A DNA stretch of 64,000 bases, taken from the NCBI GenBank assembly GCA_045106895.1, contig JBGCFM010000039.1:96001-160000 (forward strand), read 5' to 3'. The notes under the pieces are model-generated. The model searched no databases, was not told the origin of the DNA, and worked only from the letters and a program-made list of their open reading frames with translations. A program made the translations under genes and the position numbers. Below are positions 37,601 to 45,989 of the stretch, in pieces. This DNA is from Polyangiales bacterium (GTDB taxonomy: Bacteria > Myxococcota_A > Polyangia > Polyangiales > Houyiibacteriaceae). Position 1 is the stretch's first letter, and the number at the start of each line of letters is the position of its first letter.

Positions 37601-39292
37601 TTCATCGCCATCGAAGACATGGCGCGCTACCGAGACGCGCTCGGGATTGTGCCGCCGCCGTGGACGCCAACGGATCTGCTCATGCCGGCGGAGCGCCCCA
37701 TGGAAGCTCTCGTCGCCCGCTACGCCCAGACGCACGGCCCCTTTCGCGCCGAGAGCGTGGCGACGCGCTATGGGCTCGGCGTCGCGCCGGTGAATCAGGC
37801 GCTGGAACGGCTCGTCGCCCAAGGACGCATGGCCACCGGCGAGCTCTTGCCGACGGAGCTGCTCCGCGAGCGAGGCTTAGGCGGCGGACGTGAGTTCTGC
37901 AGCAGCGAGGTGCTCTCACGCATCAAACGACGCTCTCTAGCCATCCTTCGGCGCGCCATCGAAGCCGTGGACCCGCCGCTCTACGCGCGCTTTTTGTTGC
38001 GCTGGCAGGGCGTCGAGCCCCGCGCGGGCCACGCCATGGAGGGACTCATCGAAGCCCTCGCGACGCTCGAAGGCGTGCCCGTGCCGGCGAGCGATCTGGA
38101 GACACGCATCCTCCCGGCGCGCGTGGGTGCCTTCGATCGCCGAGACCTCGACGAGCTCTTCGCCTCCGGCGACCTCGTCTGGCGCGGCGAGCAGAGCCTC
38201 GGCGACAAAGACGGACGCGTCGCCATCTACAGCGCCGACCAGTTCTCGCTCCTCGCGTCGCCGCCGGAAGAGGTCGAAGGCGAACTCGCTCTGCAGCTAT
38301 TGGACCTCTTTGCGACGCGCGGCGCGCTCTTCTTTCGCGACATGGTCACGGCGACGGGGCGTCTGTCGTCCGAAGTCTTCGACGCGCTCTGGGATCTCGT
38401 GTGGGCCGGCCACGTGACGAACGACACCTTCGCGCCGCTCCGGGCGCGCGTCGGCGACACCAAAGCCCAGGCGCGCACGATGTCGCGCATGCGCTCACGC
38501 CGACCTCCGCTGAGCGGAAGCCTCGCTCGAAGCGGTCCGCCGGGGAGCGCGGGTCGCTGGTCGCTCTTGCCTAAGCTCGAGTCTTGGACGCCGACGCAAC
38601 GCCTCGAGGCCCTCGCATCTTCGCTCCTGCAGCGCTACGGCGTACTCACCCGCGAAGGCGTCTCCCGTTGCCTCGGAGCCCACGCCGACGTCCCAGGCTT
38701 CGGCGCGCTCTACCCTGTGCTCAAGGCCATGGAAGAGGTGGGGCGCGTTCGCCGCGGGTACTTCATCGCGGGGCTTGGAGCCACCCAGTTTGCACTGCCC
38801 GGATGCGAAGACCGCCTCCGCGACGAACGTGACACGCCAGAGGAAGAGCGCTCGGAGCGGGGGCGTTCACGCAGCCACTGCCTGGTCCTCGCCGCCGACG
38901 ACCCCGCGAACCCTTACGGCGCGTCACTCCCTTGGCCGACGAGCGACGCCGCCAAAGCCCTGCGCCCTTCCCGCTCCGCCGGAGCCCGCGTCGTCCTCGT
39001 GGAGGGCTCACTGCGCGGTTTCATCGGCCGCACCGGTCAACGCCTCTCGACCTTCTTGCCTACCTCCGAGCCGGAGCGGAGCAAAGCCGCGCACGCCCTC
39101 GCCGAAGCCGTCGGGCGCGGCACCGGTCAAGCGCGGGGCAAACGAGGCGGCGGCGCCGTGGTGTTCAAGCGTATCGACGGCGGCCCCGCGGCGGAGTCAG
39201 ACTTCGTGCCTTACTTACTCGATGCCGGGTTTCAGCCCGCGGCGAAGAGCATGCATCGGCGCCTCGGCGCGGCGAGCACGCGGCCGAACTGA
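34652..39292 (+). CDS. lhr: Lhr-family SF2 helicase, long form with C-terminal winged-helix/glycosylase-like domain
   Basis: ATG 34652; APTGSGKT, YISPLKALAVDVERNL, DEIH, GLSAT, HHGS, SSLELGID, QRIGRAGH, GTIPDRG, VGELDEEMVFE; C-terminal RRGYFIAGLGATQFA, DPANPYG. Confidence 0.95.
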   Translation: MSLSFAHESTRRWFERSFEGATRAQKLGWGPIAAGESTLLLAPTGSGKTLAAFLVAIDKLLFGAKEAGAKKAGTEKTRAKATSTKDDKKSGVRVLYISPLKALAVDVERNLRAPLAGICAEAAREGTPTTPPTVGIRSGDTTPKERARMKRTPPDVLITTPESLFLLLTSQSAAGLASIETVIIDEIHSLVPTKRGAHLALSLERLEALRRRANPNIKPMQRIGLSATQRPLDEVARYLGGAESDVPRPVTIVDAGSQKEFDLRVEVPVEDMARMQREEAAASGDEDDLLQPGSTSGQRSPSIWPAIHPRLVQLIRDHRSTMLFVNSRRLAERLAAAINELAGEELALAHHGSIAKDMRASIEDRLKKGELPAIVATSSLELGIDIGAVDLVVQIEAPLSVASGIQRIGRAGHQVGAVSEGIVFPKYRGDLLACAAVTEHILEGKVESTHYPRNALDVLAQQVVAVVSSPFATEESIDEDALFALVRGAAPYAELARTSFHAVLDMLSGRYPSEQFAELRPRITWDRGRRKLSPRRGAKMLAIANAGTIPDRGLYGVFLANSEKSVRVGELDEEMVFESREGEVFLLGASSWRIEEITHEKVMVSPAPGQPGKMPFWHGDRPGRPAEFGRAIGKLARELLAADGSEARERLVTRHGLDARAAENLLQYLQDQKEATGQVPSDKRIVVERFRDEIGDLCVVILSPFGGRVHSPWATAVRARLLSEYGAEADVIHGDDGIVFRLIDADVTPPPEFFFPDPAEVEGLVMSHLGETALFAARFRENAGRALLLPRRRPGKRTPLWAQRRKSAGLLKVASSFRDFPIVLETYRECLRDVFDLPELTALLHAIKTRKVRVTHVDTKRPSPFAGALMFNYVAAFMYEGDAPLAERRAQALSLDQTQLRALLGEPEMRELLEADAVREVEAQLRRDAYPLTHADAVHDRLLSMGDRRADELPGEPKEVAALLRALADERRVVAVRIDGEERFIAIEDMARYRDALGIVPPPWTPTDLLMPAERPMEALVARYAQTHGPFRAESVATRYGLGVAPVNQALERLVAQGRMATGELLPTELLRERGLGGGREFCSSEVLSRIKRRSLAILRRAIEAVDPPLYARFLLRWQGVEPRAGHAMEGLIEALATLEGVPVPASDLETRILPARVGAFDRRDLDELFASGDLVWRGEQSLGDKDGRVAIYSADQFSLLASPPEEVEGELALQLLDLFATRGALFFRDMVTATGRLSSEVFDALWDLVWAGHVTNDTFAPLRARVGDTKAQARTMSRMRSRRPPLSGSLARSGPPGSAGRWSLLPKLESWTPTQRLEALASSLLQRYGVLTREGVSRCLGAHADVPGFGALYPVLKAMEEVGRVRRGYFIAGLGATQFALPGCEDRLRDERDTPEEERSERGRSRSHCLVLAADDPANPYGASLPWPTSDAAKALRPSRSAGARVVLVEGSLRGFIGRTGQRLSTFLPTSEPERSKAAHALAEAVGRGTGQARGKRGGGAVVFKRIDGGPAAESDFVPYLLDAGFQPAAKSMHRRLGAASTRPN

Positions 39293-39408
39293 TACGCTCC
39301 CCATATGATCTGGCCTTTCCGCAAACGGACGCCTGTCCGAAAGCACTCGTTGCGGAGGTACTACAATTCCTAGCGGCCGAGGATGGCGCCCTGGAAAGGA
39401 CGGCCGGA

Positions 39409-39524
39409 AACAACAACGCCGAGCTTCGTTAAATCGCCGAGCTATGCGCCTCGTTCACCTTGGCCGCCGCACGCTGCGCGCAAGCACGATTGGCGAGAGA
39501 CACGAAGTCTTCTTCGTAGAGGCT
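39409..39524 (-). pseudogene. Decayed copy of the 5' end of the SufU-XdhC-MocA gene
   Basis: 39443-39524 aligns without gaps to 45905-45986 (70/82 identical by hand count); 39409-39439 aligns to 45864-45894 (28/31); a 7-bp deletion removes the NPLC Cys codon and the ATG is lost. Confidence 0.9.
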
Positions 39525-39631
39525 GGCTACTCGAACCCGCTCCGCAGGAAGTGAGCCGGCGGACGATATTCTACGCAGGGCTCAGTTTCGAGCTGATCTA
39601 CCGTGGACATTGGCTACCGTAATGCTGCGCT

Positions 39632-39930
39632 TTAGGCGCGACGCAGATTGAGCGTATCAAGCCGCCACCGCAGGGTTTCTATTCTGTCCTGACCGAAGAA
39701 CGGCTCTCCTCTTACGACCATCGTCGGCACTCCCCAATGGCCGGCCGCTTCCAGGCTGTCGTGATTACTGTCTATCTCGTCGGTGTGGTCGCCATCTGTG
39801 ATGGATTGCTCCATTTCACGTAGGTCCAAACCGACAGCATGAGCGGCTGTCTCCAAATGATCGCCCTTATTCCAATCTTCCGTTCCGCCAAAAACCAGCG
39901 CTGAGACCTCCTTAGCAAAACCCTCACGGC
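39632..39930 (-). pseudogene. 3' fragment of a DsbA/HCCA-isomerase-family gene
   Basis: AAGHWGVPTMVVRGEPFFGQDRIETLRWRL is the family C-terminus; the N-terminal thioredoxin-fold part is absent; visibly more AT-rich than the flanks. Confidence 0.8.
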
Positions 39931-40014
39931 GTGCATCGCGACTATGGCGCGTCAGCGCCGCGGCGCCGCCGCACCTCAGCACATTGATGCCCGAGCTCTG
40001 ACCGCGTGGCTCGG

Positions 40015-40908
40015 CTAGTGCTGTCCCTGCCACTCGATACCGAGTGTCGTGCGATACTGAAGGTCAACAACAGAAGGGGATCCAAGGACCGGAGCCGCAA
40101 CGGTGATGCTCGCCAGGTCGAGTTGAATCACCACCTGGCTCTGGCGCGCAAAGCGAATGCCCGCGGGTTTAATCTGCACGAAGAGCCCCGTGTGGCCCGT
40201 CGAATGAAGCGCGAGCTCCGTCAAAAGAACCGAGACACCGACCGCCGCGGCCATTCGAAGCCGCTCACGAAAGAAGAATCGCTCGCCGCCGACGGCGATG
40301 TTCAGGGTTCCGGCGCGAGCGACGAAATCGAACTCTGTCTCCGCGTAGAGGTTCTGCTCGATGTGCCCATAGACGCCCCAAGGGCCGCGCCGGGCGCCCG
40401 CATTGATGCCGTACCCAAAGCGGATGTTGAGCGTGGACACCGCGAGGCGGTCGCTGAGAAGCGAGATGTGGGTGAGGACCGCGAACCAAGGACGCCACTC
40501 GTTGGAGCGGTCCAACGTGTCCCTGTCGCGCTCCACCGAAGGTTGGGGGCTCTCAACGGTATCCAGAGCCTGCGCATCGGGCGCTGGCGCCGTCGCCGGT
40601 TCCTCCACCACAGGTTCCAGGGGAGCCGCCTCGACCAAAGCTCCGTCACCCGAGACAGACCCCTCCGCGTCGGCGGAAACCGCATCGGCGGAAACCGCGT
40701 CGGCGGAAACCGCGTCGGCTACCGCTTCAACCACCGAGTCCGACACGGACTGCGTCGGATCTTCGACGACAACCTCCTCCGTCGGAGGCGCCTCCACCCT
40801 GACCTCCCCGTCCACCGGCGCTGGTGCTGCGGAGTCTTGCGCTTGAACGGGCAGCGAAGAGAAGGCGACGACGGCAAGCATCCACGCGCTGCGAATCAGC
40901 CAAGTCAT
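40015..40908 (-). CDS. Exported protein with acidic linker and predicted beta-barrel; paralog of 43102..43734
   Basis: Signal peptide, ADAVS three times (15-bp repeat, about 40665-40720), C-terminal QYRTTLGIEW. Confidence 0.75.
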   Translation of the reverse strand: MTWLIRSAWMLAVVAFSSLPVQAQDSAAPAPVDGEVRVEAPPTEEVVVEDPTQSVSDSVVEAVADAVSADAVSADAVSADAEGSVSGDGALVEAAPLEPVVEEPATAPAPDAQALDTVESPQPSVERDRDTLDRSNEWRPWFAVLTHISLLSDRLAVSTLNIRFGYGINAGARRGPWGVYGHIEQNLYAETEFDFVARAGTLNIAVGGERFFFRERLRMAAAVGVSVLLTELALHSTGHTGLFVQIKPAGIRFARQSQVVIQLDLASITVAAPVLGSPSVVDLQYRTTLGIEWQGQH

Positions 40909-41957
40909 TCCGCCGCCCTCGCTGCTTCGAGCGCTTCGCCCTCGGCGGCGTCAACCAAGTCCACCAAGGTGTCGCATGCAGACAGACACACCGCGTCGAA
41001 GGGGTCGCAGGTGCTGCATCCGTCCCCAATGGGCAGCCATCCGTAGGTCGGCGAAAGCACCAGCTCCGTAAAGCTGTCACGAAACCCGACCTCCACGTTG
41101 CCGCTACTGAGCTGGCCACCGACGAACTCGAGAATCGCGTCGCGGACGGTGTAGTCCACGCGGCGGATCACCGAGCCCAGGGTGATCGCAGCGAAGCGCG
41201 TGCTGTAGTCCGTCTCGGCACCGATGAGGTAGGTCCGCTCCGACGCTTCGAGGGCGGCGAGGGCCGTCCCCACACCGGTGCCTCCAGGTCCTGCGAGCGC
41301 GAGGATCACGTCGACATTCGGCGCCATCGCCGTCGCGAGCTCGCCCGCACGGGTCGCGTCGAAGAAGCCTTCGGGCCCGTCAGCGACGTAGGCCACCTCG
41401 ACAACCATGCCGCCGCGGGCCTCGACGCCAAGTTGAAACGGCGCCGCGATCTCCGTCACCGCAGGCGCGTCGACTCCGGCGATGATCCCCACTCGCCCGG
41501 TGGGAGCAATGGCCGGGTCGCTAACCGCTGCGACGCCAGCGAGGTAGGCTGGTTCAAACGCCTGATAGCGGACGCTACGCAGATTCGCGCAGGTGTCGGC
41601 GCCTTCGCCGATGAGCAGGACGCTGGCTCCGCCGAAATCACATTGGGCGTCGCGAACCAGGGAAGCGTAGAAGCCGCTCAGAATGATCAGGTCCCGACTC
41701 GTCGCGTCGGCGCGCCACGCGTCAAAGATGGCGCGCGACTCCACTGGATCCACAACGCTAGTCTCAACCTCCTGCGTGAAGTCTGCGCCGATCCCCCCGC
41801 GGGCCAGGGCGACGCCGGCAAGCGTCAGGTCGCCGAGGGACCCGTCCCCAGGCATTCCCGTCGTCATGATTCGAACGCGGGGGCGTCCAATAAGCTCCTC
41901 TCCGCCGCAATGAGGCAGCAACGCAAGGAGAGCGATACAAAGAAGTAGATGCTTCAT
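40905..41957 (-). CDS. BMP-family (basic membrane lipoprotein) substrate-binding protein
   Basis: ATG 41957; lipobox; YQAFEPAYLAGVAA, VGIIAGV, FQLGV, DVILALAG..G.GV, IGAETD, GSVIRRVD. Confidence 0.85.
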   Translation of the reverse strand: MKHLLLCIALLALLPHCGGEELIGRPRVRIMTTGMPGDGSLGDLTLAGVALARGGIGADFTQEVETSVVDPVESRAIFDAWRADATSRDLIILSGFYASLVRDAQCDFGGASVLLIGEGADTCANLRSVRYQAFEPAYLAGVAAVSDPAIAPTGRVGIIAGVDAPAVTEIAAPFQLGVEARGGMVVEVAYVADGPEGFFDATRAGELATAMAPNVDVILALAGPGGTGVGTALAALEASERTYLIGAETDYSTRFAAITLGSVIRRVDYTVRDAILEFVGGQLSSGNVEVGFRDSFTELVLSPTYGWLPIGDGCSTCDPFDAVCLSACDTLVDLVDAAEGEALEAARAAE

Positions 41958-43105
41958 CGTGCGCCTCGCAAGCGCAGCGTTCGCGGTGCAAGCCGCAGGA
42001 GCAGAACCCCTGCCAGAAGTGACAAGCTGAGAGGCATACGCGAGCGGTTGGGTGTGGTGGTGCACGACAACACCGGCCCAGCGGGCGAGAGTCGCGCAGT
42101 CTCGAGCCAGGGAGACGAGCAGTAGTCATTTGTGATGTCGCAGACCTCGTAGCCAAGAGTCTCCGGGTTGGCGCGGCGGAACCACTTCAGAAGAACACCG
42201 TCGACCTCAAGGGCGAGGCTCTCCCTATCCTCGGCGAGGCGGCGTTGACTCACACGACCGAACGCTCGGACGAGGTCGGCCCCAGCTTCAATGGCGGCAA
42301 ACACGCGCTCTCTGTTCACCAACTCGCCGGTGACACCGCCCACCGTCACGCAGCTATCGGCGGCGGCGGAGTGCGGCATGCCGTCGCGCTCCTCGTCGAG
42401 GGTGTCGGCGATGGCCGCTTCGTAGTTCATCGTGTGCACGACGGAACGAAGGTCCGGCGAGCGAATCGCGTGGGTAAAGCTGTCCTGAAGCGTGTGGAGC
42501 GCGCGACCAAAGTGGTAGCCGATGGGGCTCACCTCCACCTCGATGGTGCCGTAGTTCTCCAAGGTCATCTGCACCTCAATGAGCGGAACGCCCACATCCA
42601 CAAACGCGTCGAAGGCGTTGCCGATCTCTTCGCGAATGACGTCGCGGCAACCCGCCAATGCGGTGTCGTTGCCCGCTTCGTAATCATCCTCCGCCGCGCG
42701 GAGGCAGTGGATGTACTGCCCGTGTGGGTCGGACTGCACGGAGCGAAGCACCGCCAAGTTTGTCAGCGAGAATCCTTCGCTGTCTGGAGCGCGCGTGCCC
42801 GTGATGATGGAAAAGATGAAGAAGCGCTGTCCGCGAGGAAATTCCGACGTGTTGGGATAGAGGTGCTCGAGGATCTCTTCCCATTCCCCGTCGGGTATCT
42901 GGTCATCCGTGAGAAGTTCAACACCGTCTCTGTCGGTGAGTTCAAGACCCGCCCCGCCGATGAGGAAGGACGCCACGGAGATGCGCTCGTGACAGCCATT
43001 GGTGAACCCCGACTGGACCGTGAAGGCGTGGGCGCGAGGCGCGTCGACGAGCCCAAAGGTGATCAGACTTGCCGCAAGAGCGAGGCGTACATGTGAATGG
43101 TTCAT
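41954..43105 (-). CDS. Secreted Zn-dependent phospholipase C/P1-nuclease-like protein with a C-terminal sorting-type tail
   Basis: Signal AHA|F, early GCHERI, GRALHTLQDSFTH; tail SC...LSLLAGVLLLRLAPR resembling MYXO-CTERM. Confidence 0.6.
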   Translation of the reverse strand: MNHSHVRLALAASLITFGLVDAPRAHAFTVQSGFTNGCHERISVASFLIGGAGLELTDRDGVELLTDDQIPDGEWEEILEHLYPNTSEFPRGQRFFIFSIITGTRAPDSEGFSLTNLAVLRSVQSDPHGQYIHCLRAAEDDYEAGNDTALAGCRDVIREEIGNAFDAFVDVGVPLIEVQMTLENYGTIEVEVSPIGYHFGRALHTLQDSFTHAIRSPDLRSVVHTMNYEAAIADTLDEERDGMPHSAAADSCVTVGGVTGELVNRERVFAAIEAGADLVRAFGRVSQRRLAEDRESLALEVDGVLLKWFRRANPETLGYEVCDITNDYCSSPWLETARLSPAGPVLSCTTTPNRSRMPLSLSLLAGVLLLRLAPRTLRLRGAR

Positions 43106-43734
43106 TGGGACTGCCTCGAGAGATCGAACTCGACGGTGACCGTCGTTCGCACCTGGATAAGCAAGAGCGGAATTCCGGAGAAGTCCGGGATCAACATGGA
43201 GAACGAGAGCGGGTCCACCACGAGGGTCTTGGAGCTTGGCAGTGGGATGCGAATTCCGACGGGCCGAGACTCGAGGCCAAACCCAATGGTGCCGGCTTGG
43301 TCAACGAGGGTATTGCGCAAGAGAAGCGTCGGGCCCACGGCAAGCTCAAAGCGGAGCCGGTCCGACGCGTAGTGAACATCGAAGCCCACGAGGAGCGACA
43401 GGACACCTTGGGCGACGCCCTCGAATGTGTCCTCCGAGTCCGCGGCGAGCTCCGCTTCGGGAAACCACGTGTTCTCCAGAACCAGCGTGAGGCCGGCGCG
43501 CTCAAAGTCGATGCCGCCGGTGACGGCGAAACCAGCGCTCAGCTGCAGCGGCTCCTTATCCAGAAGCGCCGAAATAAAGACCGCATGAACCTGCGCGCCC
43601 ACCCAGTAGCTGGGCTCGAACTCAGGTTCTGTGGCTTCGTCGAGGGAGAGCGAAGCGTCCGTGCTTTGCGCCTCCGCGGTGGGCGCGAAGAGCGCGCCCG
43701 CGACGAGAAGAATCAGTATCGCGATGGATGGCAT
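43102..43734 (-). CDS. Exported predicted beta-barrel protein; paralog of 40015..40908
   Basis: Signal peptide AEA; shared RLRxxxAVG, PxGIR, QxRTT motifs. Confidence 0.75.
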   Translation of the reverse strand: MPSIAILILLVAGALFAPTAEAQSTDASLSLDEATEPEFEPSYWVGAQVHAVFISALLDKEPLQLSAGFAVTGGIDFERAGLTLVLENTWFPEAELAADSEDTFEGVAQGVLSLLVGFDVHYASDRLRFELAVGPTLLLRNTLVDQAGTIGFGLESRPVGIRIPLPSSKTLVVDPLSFSMLIPDFSGIPLLLIQVRTTVTVEFDLSRQSQ

Positions 43735-43958
43735 GGGGATGTCCAGTTGGGCGCAGACTGCGCGCTCGGCGCGAGCTATCCCACGCTGCCTCTAAATACG
43801 CACTCGCAATACACGCCAAGTTACGTGCGACAGGCGCCAAGCGTGAGTCAACGACCGAAAGGTACTCGGCCGCTTGGTCGTTTACTCTGAAGCGCGTTGC
43901 CTTCTTGGACTTCAAGCTCGAAGCTCAATATCCAGTCGCTTCGACATCCCGCAGTCGC

Positions 43959-45989
43959 TCAGCGAGTGATCGCCGCCTCGGGCCGGTCCACGTCGCGCAA
44001 CACGCCTTCGTCGTCGATGGGAATACGCAACACCGCCCCGGGCGCCCCTTGTATGAGAACCTTGCCGCCTGCGTCCCCGTCGAGGCGCTGCAAAGCGTCA
44101 AAGTAGCGTTCGGGCCACAGTACGGGGTTACCGAGGCGACGCTCGTCTGCGGCTCCGCTTTCCGGCGCGATGATGAGGTGCTGCGTACTACTTTGGTGCG
44201 CGGCAACGAGGAGGCGAATGTCCTTCGGCCGCACGAAGGGCATGTCACCGAGGACGACGAGGGTGGCATCCACCTGCGCGCGAATTGCGCGAACGCCGGC
44301 TGCGATAGAGCTGCCCATGCCAGAGCTGTAGTTCTCGTTGTGGACCCACACGACGTTCAGCCCATCGAGAGCTCGACGGACGCGCGACGCTTCGTGGCCA
44401 AGGACCACAACAACGGGAAAAACCTCGGCGTCGAGGGTCGCTTCGACGACGCGACGCACCATCACCTTCCCCTCGATGTCCGCGAGGAGCTTGTTCTCCG
44501 TGCCCGCGCGGCTCGAGGTTCCGGCGGCGAGAACCACGGCGCCTACGCGACGCGGCGCGGCGCGGCGACGTCGCGTCGCGACGACTTCCGCAAGGATCGA
44601 GAGAGCGATTTCGGCGGCGCCTTGGCCACCGATAGGAACGCCAGCTGGGCCGTGTAGACGCGCCAGCTCGGTCTCCGACAACCCAGTAACACGGAGGCGG
44701 AGCAGGCGCTCGCGTTGGGTCTTGCGACTGCCCAGGGCGCCGACGTAGAAGGCTTCGCTGCGCAGCCCGACGGAGAGGCTTGGGTCGTCAATATTGGGAT
44801 TGTGGCTGAGCACAACAAGGGCACTTCGAGAATCGATGAGCGCCGGCAACACATCCTTCGGCGCGCCCACATGAAGCTCGATGGACCCGAATCGCTTAGC
44901 GTTCGCAAACGCTGAACGCGGATCGACAAGAACGGGACGAAATCCGACTTCGACGGCGAGGACGGCAAGCATCTGAGCGATATGCGTGCCGCCGACAAGG
45001 ATGAGGCGCGGCGGCGGCCGGAGCGCTTCGACGAACTGTTGCGATGATGGGCCCGGCACTCCAATGGCGTCGGCGCCGCTCAAGACGGCTTCGATGGCTT
45101 CGATGACATCGGGAGTCCGCGATGCGTCGTGCCCCCGTTGCGCGATTTCCCAGGCGCCGGACTCAAGGTCGAGAATGCGCGCACTCCCAATCCGTGTAGC
45201 GGTCCGAATACGTCCGATATCTTCGGCGCCCGGAGCGCGCGTGATGTGCACCTGAATTTCACCGCCACAAGGGAGCCCAACTTCGCCCGCTTGGCTGTTG
45301 GCGATGCGAAACGTCAGCAAACGCGAGAAGCTTGGCGGGTTCGATGCGCCGAGAAGCTGAATCGCCGCCTGGGCCACCGCGGACTCCACGCAGCCCCCGG
45401 ATACGCTGCCCCAGAATTCGCCGGAAGAAGCCACAACCATCCGGCTTCCGAGTGGGCAAGGGCTGGACCCGCCCACTCGGACCAAGGTGACGAGCGCCGC
45501 GTCGTCGCCATCGGCACGAATGTCCTCAATCTGCGACCACACGTCGGCGTTCAGCGCGCGGGGCGGGAGGACGGAGTGCTCCGGAACCGCTCGGGGCCGT
45601 TCTTCGTGGAGCGCATCCTCGAGCGCACGCCAAGGCAGCAGCGCGCAGACATGACGACTGGGGTACGCGTGCAGCCTACGGAAAACAGCGAAGCGACCGG
45701 CGCCCGCGTCGCGCTTCGCGAGCCGCGACTCGAGTTCGGCCAAGCGCACGGAGCACTCCGACATTTCGGCGCCGCGCAGCGTTTCCACCAGAAGCGCCGC
45801 AGACGCGCGGCAGACCAAGCAGCCCTGAACCTCGACGCCGACCGATTCGACTCGACCGTCGACAACAACAACACCGAGCTTCGTCACATCGCCGCAAAGA
45901 GGGTTATGCGCCTCACCCACCTTGGCCGCCGCAGGAATCGCGTAGGCACGATCGGCGAGAGATACTAAGTCTTCTTCGTAGAGGCTCAT
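43959..45989 (-). CDS. Three-domain fusion: SufU/IscU-type domain, XdhC/CoxI Moco chaperone, MocA-type Moco cytidylyltransferase
   Basis: aa ~1-130 HNPLCGD, GCLVC, YPSRHVCALLPW; aa ~149-475 GSVSGGCVE, GLPCGG, YVGALGSR, RLHGPAGVPIG..EIALSILAE; aa ~480-676 VLAAGTSSR..NKLL, GMGSSI, LGDMP, GNPV, GDAGG, DVD. One uninterrupted ORF. Confidence 0.92.
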   Translation of the reverse strand: MSLYEEDLVSLADRAYAIPAAAKVGEAHNPLCGDVTKLGVVVVDGRVESVGVEVQGCLVCRASAALLVETLRGAEMSECSVRLAELESRLAKRDAGAGRFAVFRRLHAYPSRHVCALLPWRALEDALHEERPRAVPEHSVLPPRALNADVWSQIEDIRADGDDAALVTLVRVGGSSPCPLGSRMVVASSGEFWGSVSGGCVESAVAQAAIQLLGASNPPSFSRLLTFRIANSQAGEVGLPCGGEIQVHITRAPGAEDIGRIRTATRIGSARILDLESGAWEIAQRGHDASRTPDVIEAIEAVLSGADAIGVPGPSSQQFVEALRPPPRLILVGGTHIAQMLAVLAVEVGFRPVLVDPRSAFANAKRFGSIELHVGAPKDVLPALIDSRSALVVLSHNPNIDDPSLSVGLRSEAFYVGALGSRKTQRERLLRLRVTGLSETELARLHGPAGVPIGGQGAAEIALSILAEVVATRRRRAAPRRVGAVVLAAGTSSRAGTENKLLADIEGKVMVRRVVEATLDAEVFPVVVVLGHEASRVRRALDGLNVVWVHNENYSSGMGSSIAAGVRAIRAQVDATLVVLGDMPFVRPKDIRLLVAAHQSSTQHLIIAPESGAADERRLGNPVLWPERYFDALQRLDGDAGGKVLIQGAPGAVLRIPIDDEGVLRDVDRPEAAITR

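Noticed and set aside
39306..39408. SseB C-terminal-like gene remnant
   Set aside because: The resemblance (MIWPFRK..., QFLAAEDG..ER) needs a frameshift and is too short to support without a search.
39409..39524. Diversity-generating retroelement template/variable repeat pair with 45864-45986
   Set aside because: Mismatches are not adenine-specific, there is a deletion, the match is at a gene 5' end, and no reverse transcriptase is in the window.
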